This document shows, piece after piece, positions 1-16,002 of a DNA stretch of 64,000 nucleotides. The notes under the pieces were generated by a model. It had not been told where the DNA came from and did not search any database. It saw only the letters and a program-made list of their open reading frames with translations. The stretch's first letter is position 1. The number at the start of each line of letters is the position of its first letter. Source of the DNA: an uncultured delta proteobacterium (GTDB taxonomy: Bacteria > Desulfobacterota > Desulfobacteria > Desulfobacterales > QNYZ01); the NCBI GenBank assembly GCA_963845145.1, contig CAWJQU010000008.1, forward strand, positions 538,457 through 602,456. The letters run 5' to 3'. A program made the position numbers and the translations under genes.

Positions 1-1424
1 ACAAAATCGGCGCCTCGGCCAAAACATTGGCCACTCAAAAAACCTATTGGGCCACCGTCGGCAGTGGCCCGAACAAGGCCTCCGCTGACGAGATTCGCAT
101 AAAGTTGAGTGAGTTGTGTTATAAAACCATCTCTTCGGACTATGTGGAGGACAAAAAGCACATCGATCTCTCCGCCGAGCCGCTTATCATTGTTTGTGCC
201 GCCGGTGCACGGCCTTCCGTGACAGGCGACCTGGTCAAGGATACCGCCATCTTCCAGGCGCATAAAGCCACGCCCGTGGTCATCACCGACGAAGGTGAAG
301 ACCGGTTCGACCCTTATGCGTACCATGTAATTTCCGTTCCCAGGGTCAGCGAACACCTGGCCCCCATATTAAATACTTTGGCCGGCCACATCTGGGGCTA
401 CCACGCCGCCCTGGCCATTCATGCCGGCTCCCGGTTTTTTTATGATTTTCGCGAAGAACTGAGCCAGGATTTTCGAACGTTTTCCGCAAAGGAATTGGAC
501 CTGTACGATATCCTTCTGGAAACAAGCTTTCGGGAAAAAATTGCCCGCTTCTATCGGGCGTTTCGAGAACGGAAAATCGAAGGAAAAATTCCTGCCGCAC
601 TGGGGTTAAACGCAGCCACCGATCTGAGCCTTTTGCTAAAATATCTTTCGGGCCGATTACCCGTATCCGATTTTAAGATGGATTTTAATAAAGAGGGAAC
701 GGCCCGTAACATGGTTGACGCCCTTTATACCTGCCTGGGTGAGGCCATCAATGCCTTATCCCGACCCGTGGATGCCATCAAGCATCAGGCCAAGACGGTC
801 ACGGTGGGGACCAGCCGTATCACCGAACGCACGGATGGCATTCTTTTTGAAGCGCTCATGCGCCACGGGATCGGTATCGCCCGGCTGATCACTCGCAATG
901 TTATCGTACTGCGAAACCTACAAGTCATTGTTCAGGGCATACAGGGAGCGATTTTATACCGCATCGGCGGTTTGACTTCTCTGGGAGAAGTAACGGCGCA
1001 AGCGACGATTGAAATCATGAAAAAAGAGGGTGTCCTGGCCCCGATTCCTTCACGGGTGGAGACCGATACCCAGCTGAAGGGGACCAAACGAATCATCGTC
1101 AGCCAGGGAAATGTTTATATCGGTAAAGGACGAAAAGACGATCGCAGCATCATCGTGATTCCGGCCTTGTCCGATGAGCCCGGTGCCGGTCACACCGTCG
1201 GACAGCTACTATTACTCAATGTTACCTTCAAGGAAACCGTTCCCCTGCCGGCCAAGATCAAGGCCTTGGGGGGCAAATATGACCATATTAAAAATATCGT
1301 TCAGGAAAATAGCCTTCTGTGGACAGACGACCATCTGGACAAGGTTCCCATGGATGAATTGTTTGGCCGTTCAGCGGAAAAAATCGGGGATCTGCTCGTC
1401 TCTGAAATCAATGGGGGCAACTAG
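1..1424 (+). CDS. C-terminal part of a large GlmS-like SIS-domain protein (5' end outside window)
   Basis: SIS-type motifs (GSGPNKASADEIRIKLSELCY; RPVDAIKHQAKTVTVGTSR); frame open from the window start. Confidence 0.7.
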   Translation, partial: KIGASAKTLATQKTYWATVGSGPNKASADEIRIKLSELCYKTISSDYVEDKKHIDLSAEPLIIVCAAGARPSVTGDLVKDTAIFQAHKATPVVITDEGEDRFDPYAYHVISVPRVSEHLAPILNTLAGHIWGYHAALAIHAGSRFFYDFREELSQDFRTFSAKELDLYDILLETSFREKIARFYRAFRERKIEGKIPAALGLNAATDLSLLLKYLSGRLPVSDFKMDFNKEGTARNMVDALYTCLGEAINALSRPVDAIKHQAKTVTVGTSRITERTDGILFEALMRHGIGIARLITRNVIVLRNLQVIVQGIQGAILYRIGGLTSLGEVTAQATIEIMKKEGVLAPIPSRVETDTQLKGTKRIIVSQGNVYIGKGRKDDRSIIVIPALSDEPGAGHTVGQLLLLNVTFKETVPLPAKIKALGGKYDHIKNIVQENSLLWTDDHLDKVPMDELFGRSAEKIGDLLVSEINGGN

Positions 1425-1435
1425 GACTAGCCGTA

Positions 1436-3092
<1,657 letters not shown>

Positions 3093-3159
3093 TTATATGA
3101 GTGTCCTTAAAGTTTCAAACCGGCCCATTCGTTTAATCAGATCGTTGGTTGACTTGGGT

Positions 3160-4436
<1,277 letters not shown>

Positions 4437-4630
4437 GATACCCTCCTTTGAAAAATAGATTTTTTTGCAAAAACAGATGGGTTAAGCGTGTAACCATTAC
4501 TCTGAACAGCTTGACAAAATCATCAAATCTGTTACCTTGCCTTATTTTCATTGTCAAGTACGGATGTTCAGCCGACCTATCTGGCACCCGTGTATGGGTT
4601 CTTCATATTTCAATCAGGTTGAACGACAAG

Positions 4631-5050
4631 ATGAACCCCAAAATCGATTTGTATTCCGATGCGCATCTTTTCGTAGCCGCCATCCGGGTCCTCAGCCACC
4701 GGGAGCAGAGCCCGCCCACTTTAGCGTCATGTCTGCCGGCATCTGGCCATCTCTTTGGAGCGAGGTGGTTACATCCATGCGACAACTGGAAAAAGAGGAA
4801 ATCATCGAGATCGTCAAACAACCCCATGGTGATCGCTTGTTTGTTAAAGCCCACTGAATATCGAACATTTTAAGGACACGAACAGATACAAAGTGATCTG
4901 GATAAAGCCCTGTCCGAATTCAAATCCGAAAAACAGACTTTTTCAAAAAAATTGAATCGATTCAGGCGGACCAGGCCAAAAAGAAAAAGGATCTTTTTGC
5001 CAAGCTGAATAACCAATTAAAAGCGGGCCCTGGACAATTAAAGGGCCAAT
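4631..5050 (+). CDS. Hypothetical protein, frameshifted; end approximate
   Basis: MNPKIDLYSDAHLFVAAIRVL... continues in other frames (LEKEEIIEIV...; IQADQAKKKKDLF). Confidence 0.5.
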
Positions 5051-5084
5051 TAAGAAAAGGGCATCCTTCGGACATCGCTGATCA

Positions 5085-5878
5085 ATGATAGACGGTAAAA
5101 ACCAGGGAAGGTTTTTTATTTCATCTCCGACGCCCATCTCGGCCCCGATCTGCCCTACCCGATCACCGCGAGACATTGGCTGCATCGAATTCCTCAGTCG
5201 CATTCGGAGCGATGCCGCACAATTGTTTATCATCGGTGATCTGTTTGATTTCTGGATCGAATATCGCCGTATCATCCGCTCTGACTATTTCAAGATCTGA
5301 GTGTGCTTGCGGGTCTGATCGGTAAGGGTGTCAAGGTCGATTATATCGCCGGAAATCACGATTTTGCCTTGGGACCATTTTTAACAGACCAGATCGGAAT
5401 CCAGGTGCACTGAGAATTCTCTGGCCATCAGCCCACAATGGAACCCAATTATACGTTAACCCACGGGGACGGACTTATCAAGGCGGACAAAGGATATCGC
5501 CTGCTAAAAAAATGTTTAAGGCATCCAATCCTTCAGACCAGCTACCGGTTACTTCACCCGAGCTTGGGGATCGGTACTGGCCACCTTTTTTTCAAAAATG
5601 AGCCGCCGCCAGGAAAGAGCCAAGGGCCCCAAATTCGGTCATCAGCAATATCGCACAGATCGCCTGGGAGATCGCCGCCCAGGGATCATGATTTGATTGT
5701 CATGGGTCATACCCACCGTCCCGAGATCATCCGCCACCAAAATAAAGTCTATTGCAATACGGGCGACTGGATCAACTCATTTACCTATGCCACATTCGCA
5801 GACGACACACTTAGGCTTTGGCGCTACCGGCATGGGGAAGCACCGGTCGAAATACGACCTGAACGGCATTCAAGTTAG
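5085..5878 (+). CDS. lpxH: UDP-2,3-diacylglucosamine hydrolase-like metallophosphoesterase (frameshifted)
   Basis: Calcineurin-like motifs across frames: SDAHLG, GDLFDFW, GNHDF, HGDG, MGHTH, NTGDW. Confidence 0.8.
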
Positions 5879-6043
5879 CCGGACGGTTTACCGGCCGTTC
5901 TGTCAACCGGCCAAAGGGTCATCAAGCCCCATGCATCAACTTTCTTAACTGAAACACTATTTGATTCTCGCCAACACCTTGGCAAAGAGGCAAACGCATT
6001 GGCCGGCCGGGATGGTCGTCCGCCAGACCGGCAGGCCGACAGA

Positions 6044-6806
6044 CTATTCCATCATGCCCCGGACCTCATCGGTATATTCACCCCCTGACTCATATATCAC
6101 CAAGGGTGACTCGATGGTCATGCCCGGCCGTCCGCCGGACACCCCTTCGACCAGGATGCGCTCAACCGCTTGCATCGCATAAGATTGTACGGGTCGCATA
6201 CGTTTGGGTTCGATCCCATCGGCACGCATGTGCATAAAAAGGTCAACGATTCGATCGGCGGGAAAGATAAGGTGCAGTCGCCCGCCACGGCGCAGGATTC
6301 GACGTGTGGTAGCGGTGATATCCTTAATGGACATGGCGATCTCATGCCGTGCCAGGGCCCGTTCAGTATTGGGGTTGATACGCCCTGAAGCTACCCGGCT
6401 GAAAGGGGGATTACACACGATCCGATCAACAGGCCCATTGATTTGCCTCTGGGAGAGATTCTTTATATCCCCGACAATGATGTCAAAACGATCGTCCATC
6501 TCATTGATGGTTGCATTTTTCCGTGCCAACCCGGCCAGTGACTGCTGAATTTCAATGCCAAAGGCCTGCAGGGTCAACTGACGATACGCCAAAATCAGGG
6601 CGATAATCCCGCATCCACATCCCAGATCGACAAGCCGCTCACCGGCCTTGGGGTGGACATTTCCGGCCAGCAGGACCGCATCGATGGAAAAACGATAGCC
6701 GGTTTTATGTTGATAAACCGTCAAACTGCCGTTTAAAAAACGATCCCGGGTGAGTTGAGAGGTATCGGATGTCGCAGAATGGTTGGACTATGTGATCCGT
6801 TATCAT
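6044..6806 (-). CDS. tRNA1(Val) A37 N6-methyltransferase (TrmN6/YfiC family); 5' end frameshifted
   Basis: GYRFSIDAVLLA, DLGCGCG, CNPPF, ARHE motifs. Confidence 0.85.
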
Positions 6807-7167
6807 TTTATTGTTGGTTCTCTCGAAGTCGGGGGATGAATCCACAGGGCCGATACGGAAACGGATATCATCGATCAACTCATTTTCAAGCGCGGCGTTC
6901 AAGTCTGACGACGATCTCTTTTTTACTAAACTGCAACTGGTGAATCCATGCTGAACTGCTGGCAGAAACCAATAACAATCGATCTTTAAATGCCGCCGGC
7001 TGAGTGTGGGCGGCAATCCCCTGCCCCACAACGGCCTCCCACAGTTCCCAGACGCGAACCAAGTCTTGATCCGCATAACGGCGGAACGAGCCCAGGACAT
7101 CATCCAGAAGTTGGCCGATGGGAATCGGATGTTTCAATTTTACGCGGGTACGTTTCATGCGGTTCAA
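6800..7167 (-). CDS. DUF721/DciA family protein (frameshifted; 3' end approximate)
   Basis: WEAVVGQGIAAHTQP...LLVSASSSAWIHQLQF...LNAAL...IRFRIG. Confidence 0.75.
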
Positions 7168-7326
7168 ACCTACTAAACCGGGGCTTCAGCCGTCAAATTA
7201 AAAAAGCAACCTGTGCCCGACTATTGTCCAGTCAAAGCGGCTTTTTGCTTGACTTCAGCGGGTGTGTTACTTACCATTGGCCAAATTTACCATGTCTAGA
7301 ATAAAAAAACCTGAAGGGTTTCAATT

Positions 7327-8373
7327 ATGAATTGGGATTGGGAAAAGCTGAAAGAACAACAGAAATTTCGGGGTGGCGGCGAGTGGTGGCGGTCCCAAAC
7401 CGCCGCAAATGGATGAGTTGCTTGAAAAAATGCGAAAAATCCGCCTGCCGGGCGGCCCCATTGTCATTCTGATTATTATCGCCATCTTTTTCGCCGCTCG
7501 GCCTTTTTTACCGTGGGAACCGATGAAGTGGGTGTGGTGCAGCGCTTTGGGCGATTTGTCCGCACCGTACAACCGGGGTTGAACTTCAAGTGGCCCGCCG
7601 GCATCGAATACGTCACCAAAGTTAAAGTCCGGCGTGTCGAAAAAGAGGAGTTTGGATTCCGCACAACCGAGACGCGCGGTGGTTCGAGCATTATCCACCG
7701 ATACGGAAAACAATGTATCCCTGATGTTGACCGGCGACCTCAATGTGGCCCTGGTGCCATGGATCGTGCAATACCGGATTAAGGATCCATATAACTATTT
7801 GTTCCGTGTTCGGGACGTCAATCGATTGCTAAGGGACATGTCGGAAGCGGCTATGCGAATGGTAATCGGTGACCGCAGCATCAACGAAGTGATCAGCAAA
7901 CGGATCGCGAAATCGCCGATGAGGCCAAGAAAGTGCTCCAGGAAGAGATGGATGCGGCCGAGGCGGGGATTGAAATCGTCACCATCGAAATGAAAAAGAC
8001 CAATGTTCCCGGTCCGGTCCAGCCCTCTTTTAATGAGGTCAATCAGGCCGTTCAGCAAAAAGAAAAGCTGATTTACCAAGCCCAGGAAGAGTACAACAAG
8101 GCCATCCCCACCGCACGGGGCGAGGCCCAGAGAGTGATCAAAGAAGCGGAAGGGTATGCGCTTGATAAGGTGAACCGGGCCAATGGTGATGCCACCCGCT
8201 TCACGGCACTGTACAATGAATACGCCAAGGCCAAAGATGTCACCAAACGGCGTCTCTATTTGGAGACGATGCAGGAACTGATTCCGAAAATGGGGCAAAA
8301 GACGATTATTGATTCAAGCCAGCAGAACTTCTTGCCCCTATTAAACCTTGGAAAACAGATCGGTAAGGAATAA
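7327..8373 (+). CDS. hflK: FtsH protease modulator HflK (frameshifted)
   Basis: SPFH fragments DEVGVVQRFG, MLTGDLNVA, EAEGYA, RRLYLETM; directly upstream of hflC. Confidence 0.9.
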
Positions 8374-9317
8374 TGAAAATAAAAAGCATTCTCATAATTT
8401 TTCTAGTTGTGATCGCGTTCGTCGCGTACAATGCCGCTTATATTGTCGACGAAACCGAACAGGTGGTTATCACCCAGTTCGGCCGCGTTGATTGGGGAGT
8501 CGAAGACAACCCCCGGCCTGAAATTCAAAATTCCCGCTTATTCAGCAGGCCAACCGCTTCCCCAAATACCTGCTTGAATGGGACGGAGACCCGGGTCAGG
8601 TACCCACCCTGGACAAGACCTTTATCTGGGTCGATCCCTTTGCAAGGTGGCGGATCGTGGATCCGGTGGCTTTTTTCCAAACGGTGAAAGACGAGTTCAG
8701 TGCGCAAGAGCCGGCTGGACGATATTATCGACCCGGCGGTACGAAATTTTATTACCTCTTATCCGCTGATAGAAACGGTCCGCATGACCAACCGTACCCT
8801 GGACACTTACGAGGCCGGAATAGAGGATACACGAAAAGCGTATGATTTTCACATTGCCACGGGGCGGGATCAGATCACCAAGGGAATCCTCAAGCAGGCC
8901 CAGCCCAAACTGGCCAAGTTCGGAATTGAACTGGTGGACGTTAAATTAAAGCGCATTAACTACGTGGAAGCAGTGCGAGACTCGGTCTATAATCGAATGA
9001 TTGCCGAGCGGAACCAGATTGCCGAAAAATTTCGCTCCGAAGGTGTGGGGCAAGCCCTGGAAATTCGTGGTGAAAAAGAAAAAGATTTGAAACGCATCAC
9101 TTCCGAGGCATACAAGGCCGCCCAGGAAATCAAAGGAGAGGCTGATGCCGAGGTTACGCAGCTCTTGGCCAAAGCCCTCGGGGTCGATCCTGAATTTTAC
9201 TCATTCACCAGAACCCTCGAAGTTTACAAGAAAACCCTGGGTAAAGACAGCCAGATAATTTTGTCCACCGATTCACAATTATTGCAATACTTAAAGAAAT
9301 ATCCGACCGAACCCTAA
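8373..9317 (+). CDS. hflC: FtsH protease modulator HflC (frameshifted)
   Basis: IVDETEQVVITQFG, RMIAERNQIAEKFRSEG, DPEFYSFTRTLE. Confidence 0.9.
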
Positions 9318-9362
9318 AAAGGCCATCGCCGCAGGCCAGTCGCCGGCCAATTGATTCAATAA

Positions 9363-9403
9363 AAAAGCACCGTTTGTTGATTATCTCAAATGACGGTGCT
9401 TTT
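9363..9403. terminator. Bidirectional rho-independent terminator between hflC and bS22
   Basis: AAAAGCACCGT...ACGGTGCTTTT inverted repeat between convergent genes. Confidence 0.7.
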
Positions 9404-9430
9404 TCTTTGCAGAAAAGAATTCAGGTCCCA

Positions 9431-9529
9431 TTATTTACCCTTTCTTCTCTGATGGCGTGTTCTTGCAAGTAGCTTGCGGTGTTTGTGTTTGCGCATTTTT
9501 TTTCGCCGTTTTTTAATCACACTACCCAA
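9431..9529 (-). CDS. Small ribosomal protein bS22 (AURKAIP1/COX24, DUF1713 family), 32 aa
   Basis: Hand translation MGSVIKKRRKKMRKHKHRKLLARTRHQRRKGK; TTG start preceded by AAGGAGGTG; not in the ORF track. Confidence 0.9.
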   Translation of the reverse strand: MGSVIKKRRKKMRKHKHRKLLARTRHQRRKGK

Positions 9530-9720
9530 CCGATCACCTCCTTTCCTTAAAATATTGCATTTTATAAAGATAAGACGTTACCATCAACCACTGGGTGCTG
9601 TCCATCTTTTTTTTAAGCGATATCGGTCAACACCGTAACCGGCACTATTTGACAATCGGCACAGGGTCCTCTATTCTTTTTGTGGATTTTCATTTTATTT
9701 GGGTGATTCAATTGCTCGAA

Positions 9721-10284
9721 ATGTCAATGCGTGCACTAAAGACGTTCACACAAAAACAGATTCAAATCGTCAATCGGGCCGCAGGCTTGGCGGAAGAACT
9801 GGTTAGCAACGCTTATAAGCTTTCGGCCAGTGAATGGTTGCGACGAAGATACGATATCAAAACGCTGGCCGATTTAACCCCCGCCGAGATCGTGCATGGC
9901 CCTTTTGCCCAGATCATTCGATATCAGGCCCAACGCTCGGATACATCTTTGTCCACTTCTTCCTACGATTTTTATAAAATCTGTTTTCAGGACCATACCA
10001 TTTTGACCAAGCTTAAAATTTCGTCTGACCTTTATCTTTTCCCATTTTCACTCTACACGGTCACCCACGAACTTATTCATATCGTACGATTTACCAAATT
10101 TTTACAAAATTTCGTGGCCACGGATGATGAAAAACTGGACGAAGAGATGCGCGTCCACCAAAAAACACATGACATTTTAGGAGATATTCGCATTTCAGGA
10201 TTGGCGCCTGTCCTTGCATTTTATCGCAGATGGCAAACCCATCATGATCGGTTGATATTCCAAAAAAATCTTCATGAAACTTGA
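9721..10284 (+). CDS. Hypothetical protein with HExxH motif
   Basis: THELIH motif; start chosen at an internal ATG. Confidence 0.65.
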   Translation: MSMRALKTFTQKQIQIVNRAAGLAEELVSNAYKLSASEWLRRRYDIKTLADLTPAEIVHGPFAQIIRYQAQRSDTSLSTSSYDFYKICFQDHTILTKLKISSDLYLFPFSLYTVTHELIHIVRFTKFLQNFVATDDEKLDEEMRVHQKTHDILGDIRISGLAPVLAFYRRWQTHHDRLIFQKNLHET

Positions 10285-10295
10285 CCAAACCTGTC

Positions 10296-10348
10296 TTGAC
10301 AATCCCGAAACCTTTATTATTATCTATACCGAGTCACAAACATGACTC
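10296..10348 (+). promoter_or_regulatory. Sigma70-like promoter plus downstream palindrome upstream of fmdB-groESL
   Basis: TTGACA-16-TATTAT; GAGTCA-N6-TGACTC at 10331-10348. Confidence 0.4.
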
Positions 10349-10383
10349 AAAAACGACCGGAACGGTGACCAAGGAGAGAAAAA

Positions 10384-10656
10384 ATGCCCCTATATGAGTA
10401 TGAATGCGTAGGATGCGGCGACCTCACTGAGGAGCTTCAAAAATTTTCTGACAAACCGCTCACGAAGTGTAAAAGCTGTGGAGGCAAACTTCATAAACTC
10501 ATATCCCACAGCAGCTTTCACCTCAAAGGATCCGGCTGGTATGTCACCGACTACGCCGGAAAGAAAGATTCCGCGACAAAACCCGCGGAAAAGAAAACCG
10601 ATGCTGCAACCTCAAGTAAAACGAAGAAAACATCCAAGGTCGATAGCGATGCGTAG
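10384..10656 (+). CDS. FmdB family zinc-ribbon protein
   Basis: MPLYEYECxxC...CxxCGG...SFHLKGSGWYVTDY. Confidence 0.9.
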   Translation: MPLYEYECVGCGDLTEELQKFSDKPLTKCKSCGGKLHKLISHSSFHLKGSGWYVTDYAGKKDSATKPAEKKTDAATSSKTKKTSKVDSDA

Positions 10657-10879
10657 GTCTATTCCGCTCTACCGGCCCCCCTGCCGGTGGTCGCGTATCG
10701 CAATTCTAAAAGACCGATTCGAACTTTTATAATTTTAATTTTCGATCTCTTTACAACATTGATCGGATGCTTACTTTCTCAGCAAAATTGGGAGAAATGG
10801 TATAAAACCGCTTTTTTGTGGAAATGGTTTACCACGACTGGCCAAGTAACCATCGTAAAAAAAAAGGAGAAGTTAACAA

Positions 10880-11168
10880 ATGAAACTCAGACCATTGCAG
10901 GACCGAATTTTAGTTCAGCGCGTTGAGGAGGAGACTCAAACCAAAGGTGGTATCATTATACCGGATACAGCCAAAGAAAAACCCGCCGAGGGTAAAGTCA
11001 CGGCTGTCGGCAACGGCAAGGTCGGTGAAGACGGGAAACGCATTCCAGTCGAATTAAAAAAAGGAGATCGGATTCTGTTTGGTAAAGTATTCCGGTACCG
11101 AAGTCAAGGTCGAGGGTGATGAATACCTGATCATGCGTGAAGAAGATGTGCTGGGCGTGATCGAATAG
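10880..11168 (+). CDS. groES: Co-chaperonin GroES (frameshift near 11090)
   Basis: [28 protein letters not shown]-terminus [14 protein letters not shown] in another frame. Confidence 0.97.
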
Positions 11169-11222
11169 TTTTTCTATGATTCTACGATTTTTTTTAAATT
11201 CTACGATATAAACGGAGGTTGA

Positions 11223-12901
<1,679 letters not shown>

Positions 12902-12962
12902 TCATTCCAACCAACGCCAAGCTGTTACCAGGATCGCTTAATCCGGTTTATTGAAACACAAT

Positions 12963-12996
12963 AAAAGCCCCCATAGCTAAAACATGGGGGCTTTTT
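12963..12996 (+). terminator. Rho-independent terminator after groEL
   Basis: AAAAGCCCCCAT...ATGGGGGCTTTT followed by a T-rich tail. Confidence 0.85.
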
Positions 12997-13083
12997 GTTT
13001 TCATGAGGGAATCCAAGGCTGACGGGTAGAATAAAAACGTTTTTCAATTCATTTTTACACTCAAAACAAAAAAAGCATTCGCA

Positions 13084-13872
13084 ATGGCCAAACGCCAAAT
13101 AAAATTGATCTCCTGGAACGTTAATGGATTAAGAGCCATCATGAAAAAGAACTTTTTGGAAACGTTTGCCGCCATGGATGCCGATATCTTCGCCATTCAG
13201 GAAACCAAACTGCAAGCCCATCAGCGCACCGAAGCCATGACGACTATCAAAGAATATTCATCACACTGGTCGGACGCCACTAGCAAAAAGGGATACAGTG
13301 GCGTTGGTGTTTATTCACGATTGCCACCGGTGTCCGTCAAAGCTGGTTTTGGAATTGACCAGTTTGACCGTGAGGGTCGCATTCTGGAATTGGACTTCGA
13401 TGATTTTATTTTTTTTAATGTCTACTTTCCCAACGGCCAGATGAGTGATGAACGCCTGGCTTACAAACTCGATTTTTACGATGCCTTTTTCGAATATACC
13501 GACCAACTGAAAGCAGACGGCCGCAGCATCATCATCACCGGCGATTACAATATAGCCCACAATGAAATCGACTTGAAAAACCCCAAGGCCAACGCCAATC
13601 GATCGGGTTTTTTGCGTATTGAGCGGGACTGGCTGGATCGGATCAAAAGTCGTGGCTACGTAGATACATTCCGCCACTTCTACCCTGAGGTCATCAAGTA
13701 TTCGTGGTGGTCGTATCGGTTCAAAGCCCGGGAGAGAAATGCCGGATGGCGCATTGACTATTTCTTTGTGACTCAGGATATCATTGACGAAGGCTGGATT
13801 GTTGAGCCTTTCATCGATAACACTGTTCTCGGGTCAGATCATTGCCCCATTGGACTGGTAATGGAAATTTAA
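13084..13872 (+). CDS. xth: Exodeoxyribonuclease III
   Basis: SWNVNGLRA, QETK, GDYNIAH, GWRIDY, SDHCP. Confidence 0.95.
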   Translation: MAKRQIKLISWNVNGLRAIMKKNFLETFAAMDADIFAIQETKLQAHQRTEAMTTIKEYSSHWSDATSKKGYSGVGVYSRLPPVSVKAGFGIDQFDREGRILELDFDDFIFFNVYFPNGQMSDERLAYKLDFYDAFFEYTDQLKADGRSIIITGDYNIAHNEIDLKNPKANANRSGFLRIERDWLDRIKSRGYVDTFRHFYPEVIKYSWWSYRFKARERNAGWRIDYFFVTQDIIDEGWIVEPFIDNTVLGSDHCPIGLVMEI

Positions 13873-13883
13873 AGTTGCAGAGA

Positions 13884-14840
13884 CTACCTGGACTTAAACT
13901 CCAGACGATAGTTTTTTCCATCCCTCTGTAGAATAATATTCCTTTTCTGGATGGCGACCACGTTAAATCCATTAACATCGTCGCCTTCCCGTACAACCAG
14001 CCCGTCTATCACGCCCATTCGTTTCACTGGCTCAGGCGCCCATGCCAACGCCTGCAGGATCATCCGGTCATTTTCGAGAGGTTTTGCATCCTGCCAGCGA
14101 GCCTTCTTGTCGCCGGCCGTTCGGTCAGCAATATCATTTTTTCTTAGAGGTTTTCTTTCGGTTGGTTTCGCTTTAACCCTTTTTGACGGACCGGCTTGAC
14201 CCTTTTTCGCCCGCTTCTTCCCGGTTGCGGGTGGTGACGGTGATAGTGTCTTGCGGCTGGTTCCTTGGGTATCGACAGGCTGTTTTGCAATCCCATCCCT
14301 CTTTTGTGAGGGCTTTACAGGTGGCGCAATGCCGGATGACGAAGATGCCATCCCATTCTGATTTTGCCCGGCTTGATTTGGAACGGCCTGATTCTGCATG
14401 GCCGACCGCTGGGCCCCCTGGTCTTTGACGACCTTGTCTCGAAGACGTTGGGCCTGAGGCGTGGATTCATCCCCAAGCTTAACTTGTTTGGATACACGTT
14501 GGGTTTCCGCCTGTTTGGCAATGGGGAAGGTTTGAACCGGTTTTTTTTCAGGCGCTGAATCGGATGAATTGAAGTAACGCCAAAGTCCAACCATTGCTAA
14601 AACGATCAGCATCAAGATGATCAGTTTACGACCCGTCCCTCCCAATCGCGACGGGTCGTTCATCTTATCTCTACCCGTCTGACGTTCCAGTGGTTGGTGG
14701 GCACCTGGATCCCCATTGCGCACACTCTGTTTACCTAAATCTCTCTCAATCGATTTTCGGCGCTTCGAATCGGCTTGAATCGAACCCGGACCAAACGATT
14801 CCGGCTCAACTTTTTGTAAGGCTTTTAGGATGGTGCTCAT
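13884..14840 (-). CDS. GspB/ExeB-like protein
   Basis: MSTILKALQK N-terminus, one TM helix, low-complexity linker, C-terminal LQALAW...REGD; downstream of exeA. Confidence 0.75.
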   Translation of the reverse strand: MSTILKALQKVEPESFGPGSIQADSKRRKSIERDLGKQSVRNGDPGAHQPLERQTGRDKMNDPSRLGGTGRKLIILMLIVLAMVGLWRYFNSSDSAPEKKPVQTFPIAKQAETQRVSKQVKLGDESTPQAQRLRDKVVKDQGAQRSAMQNQAVPNQAGQNQNGMASSSSGIAPPVKPSQKRDGIAKQPVDTQGTSRKTLSPSPPATGKKRAKKGQAGPSKRVKAKPTERKPLRKNDIADRTAGDKKARWQDAKPLENDRMILQALAWAPEPVKRMGVIDGLVVREGDDVNGFNVVAIQKRNIILQRDGKNYRLEFKSR

Positions 14841-15814
14841 TTATTGAATCCTTGCGTCGACTCGAAATGATCAATGCCCTTATCAAGGTAACCATTTGCA
14901 TGCAACTTGGGAACCGTTAAAATAGTCACGAGAACAAGAAGGCCGGCAGCAAAAAAGACCATCCATAGCCACCGCAATCTAAACCGATCTTTGAGGGACC
15001 GTCGGTCGTTGGGGCCGCGCAATTCTCCGGCGGCCACACGCGCAATCCTTCGGGTCACTCGTTTTTGGTTTTGTGTAAAGGCGCCCAGTAGAGCCCGATC
15101 GCAGATGATGTTCACCAGGCGGGGAAATCCATTGGAAAAGCCGTATATTTCCCGCAGGGCGCCCGACGTGAAAAAGATCGCGGCCTTACCCGAGGCGATG
15201 CTGGTTCGGTAATCAATGTAGGCCTTCATCTCAGCTTGCGACAGGGGTTTCAGCTGACAAGCGACCGATACCCGTTGACCCAGTTGGCGCAATTTATAAG
15301 AGCCGAGTAAATTGTTAAGTTCCGGTTGTCCCACCAAAATAATCTGAATCAGCTTGGATCGGGTGGTTTCCAGGTTGGACAACAACCTCAGCTGCTCAAG
15401 CACCTCATACGAGAGGCTTTGCGCCTCATCAATCAGCAAAATGACCCGGTGCCCCTTCTTCTTCTGTTCCAGAAGGTAGGTATTTAAACGGTTGATCAAA
15501 ATCCGGGGCTGATTCTCGTTTGAGGGAATTCCCAGCTCTTCATTGATATTTTTTAATAAATCCAGCGGCTCGAGAGTGGGGTTGAAAATATAGGCCGTTT
15601 CAACTGTTTCTTCAAGATTTTCTAAAAATTTTCGACAAAGGGTCGTTTTTCCGGTTCCCACTTCGCCGATGATTAAAATAAAACCTTCGCCCTGCCGAAT
15701 GGCAAAGGCCAGGTGTGCCAACGCTTCTTCGTGACTCGATCCCAGAAAATAAAAGGTGGGGTCAGGAACGAGTTTAAATGGGCGCTCGTTAAATCCAAAA
15801 AATGTTTTATACAT
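14837..15814 (-). CDS. exeA: ExeA/GspA family AAA ATPase
   Basis: FFGFNERPF, GEVGTGKT, IDEAQ, LVGQPEL, GFPRLVN. Confidence 0.9.
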   Translation of the reverse strand: MYKTFFGFNERPFKLVPDPTFYFLGSSHEEALAHLAFAIRQGEGFILIIGEVGTGKTTLCRKFLENLEETVETAYIFNPTLEPLDLLKNINEELGIPSNENQPRILINRLNTYLLEQKKKGHRVILLIDEAQSLSYEVLEQLRLLSNLETTRSKLIQIILVGQPELNNLLGSYKLRQLGQRVSVACQLKPLSQAEMKAYIDYRTSIASGKAAIFFTSGALREIYGFSNGFPRLVNIICDRALLGAFTQNQKRVTRRIARVAAGELRGPNDRRSLKDRFRLRWLWMVFFAAGLLVLVTILTVPKLHANGYLDKGIDHFESTQGFNK

Positions 15815-16002
15815 ATGATAAAGTGGCCTTCTGTATCAGGATCGGAAAAATTACCCTTGGAGGCCTCTATTGCGAAGACTCAATGCTTATTTCATATCAA
15901 TGGTATTAAAAAAGATCATCAAAATAGTCAAATTAAAACTATTTCAAGGCTTTGGCAACCCCGGCTTGGTTACGCCATTGATTTTTTGGAGATTATTCGG
16001 AT

